Below, piece by piece: positions 62,835-64,000 of a stretch of DNA of 64,000 bases. The notes under the pieces are model-generated. The model saw only the letters and a program-made list of their open reading frames with translations. It did no database searches and had not been told where the DNA came from. Made by a program: the position numbers and the translations under genes. The stretch covers positions 384,001-448,000 of the forward strand of contig CAXNJO010000003.1 in NCBI GenBank assembly GCA_964202905.1, read 5' to 3'. This DNA is from Polyangiales bacterium (GTDB lineage: Bacteria; Myxococcota_A; Polyangia; Polyangiales; JADJQN01). How positions within the stretch are numbered: the stretch's first letter is position 1; each line of letters opens with the position of its first letter.

Positions 62835-64000
62835 TCAGGGCTGCAAGGGCGCGAGCGGCGCCGCCGTCCCCGCGTCGCAGCGCGACACCGCGAGCGCGCC
62901 GCCGAGGATCCCCACGATCACGGCGAGGGCGGCCGCGAGCGCCCAGCGCCCGGCGCGGCGCGGCGCGTCCTTCGCGATCGGCGTCGGCGGCACCTCGAAG
63001 CCGGCGGCCCGGGCCTCGCGCCGCACGCGGATGTCCTCGAGGTTCGCGACGCGCGTCGGGGCGGCCTCGAGGTCGTCGACCGAGCGCACGCCGCTCGGGA
63101 ACGCGGACGGCTTGCTCGCCGGGCCGTACTTCGGCTTGCCGTCGGGCGTCTTCAGCAGCCACACGAGCAGCGCCGAGAGGTCCGCGCGGCTGTAGCCGCT
63201 GCCGTGCTGCACGAGGAAGGCGTCGAGGTCGGCGGCGAAGGCCTGCGCGGTCGGGTAGCGCTGGTCGGCGTCGCGCTCGAGCGCGCGAGTGAGGATCGCG
63301 AGCAGCGGCTTCGGCACGTCGCTGCGGAAGCGGCGCATCGGCGGCACCTTCGCGCGGCGCGTCTGATCGAGCAGATCCGCGATCTGATCGCCCGGGTAGA
63401 GGGGCTCGCCCGCGAGCAGCTCGAAGAGGACGATCCCCGCCGAGAAGATGTCCGTGCGGTGGTCGAGCGCGCCGCCGCGCGCCTGCTCGGGCGAGAGATA
63501 GTTGTACTTCCCCTTGATCACGCCGGCCTGCGTCGCGGTCTCGCGCAGGGACGCGCGCGCGACGCCGAAGTCGATGATCTTCACGTCGCCGTCGAGGGAG
63601 ACGAGCACGTTGTGCGGGGAGATGTCGCGGTGGATGATCCCGAGCGAGCGGCCCTCGGAGTCGGCCTGGCCGTGCGCGGCGGCGAGCCCGCTCGCGAGCT
63701 CACGCACGATGAGCGCGGCGGCGAGCACGGGGACGTGGATGCCGCGCTCGACCGCGGCCTGGAGGATCGCGAAGGCGTCGACGCCCTCGATGTACTCCAT
63801 CGCGATGTAGTAGCGATCGTCGACGCAGCCGAGGTCGAACACCTGCGCGACGTTGGGATGCACGATGTGGGAGACGATCTTCGCCTCCTCGACGAGCAGG
63901 CGGATGAAGTCCTTGTCGGCGGCGCGCTCCTTGCGGATGCACTTCACGCAGAGGAGGCGGTTGAAGCCGCCGAGGCCGCGCGCCTCCGCGAGAAAGACGT
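62835..64000 (-). CDS. Ser/Thr protein kinase with C-terminal TM (5' partial)
   Basis: HRDISPHNV, DFGVA, GKYNYLSPEQ, DIFSAG; frame open to the window end. Confidence 0.92.
   Translation of the reverse strand, partial: VFLAEARGLGGFNRLLCVKCIRKERAADKDFIRLLVEEAKIVSHIVHPNVAQVFDLGCVDDRYYIAMEYIEGVDAFAILQAAVERGIHVPVLAAALIVRELASGLAAAHGQADSEGRSLGIIHRDISPHNVLVSLDGDVKIIDFGVARASLRETATQAGVIKGKYNYLSPEQARGGALDHRTDIFSAGIVLFELLAGEPLYPGDQIADLLDQTRRAKVPPMRRFRSDVPKPLLAILTRALERDADQRYPTAQAFAADLDAFLVQHGSGYSRADLSALLVWLLKTPDGKPKYGPASKPSAFPSGVRSVDDLEAAPTRVANLEDIRVRREARAAGFEVPPTPIAKDAPRRAGRWALAAALAVIVGILGGALAVSRCDAGTAAPLAPLQP

Overview
Very GC-rich chromosomal window that looks myxobacterial (Myxococcota, Polyangiales/Sandaracinaceae-like). 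The basis is a MYXO-CTERM motif, an MXAN_5187-family gene, three Hanks-type Ser/Thr kinases, many Cys-rich/DAG-repeat lipoproteins, a sigma54-driven pilA and futalosine-pathway mqnD. It holds about 55 protein genes: housekeeping (tdk, ppx, def, fmt, PduO-type adenosyltransferase, priA, mqnD), signalling (RpoH-like sigma, kinases, FIST plus hybrid histidine kinase, HDOD, TetR) and envelope/secreted proteins. It also holds tRNA-Leu(CAA), a 6S RNA with its own promoter and terminator, and one IS4-family element without a target-site duplication. About nine genes carry single-base frameshifts, probably long-read indel errors, so several ORF-track proteins are false fusions or splits. Most notable: (1) an amidase with an internal MYXO-CTERM followed in frame by a second lipoprotein-like signal and domain, divergent from a DigH-like glycosidase; (2) TAnnnT boxes 5-9 nt before many start codons, suggesting widespread leaderless mRNAs; (3) two readable sigma54 promoters with candidate enhancers; (4) an orphan EscU/FlhB gene coupled to priA; (5) a heme-c/copper monooxygenase fusion; (6) tandem repeats at stop codons of convergent genes. 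All family calls come from motif recognition by eye; no searches were run.
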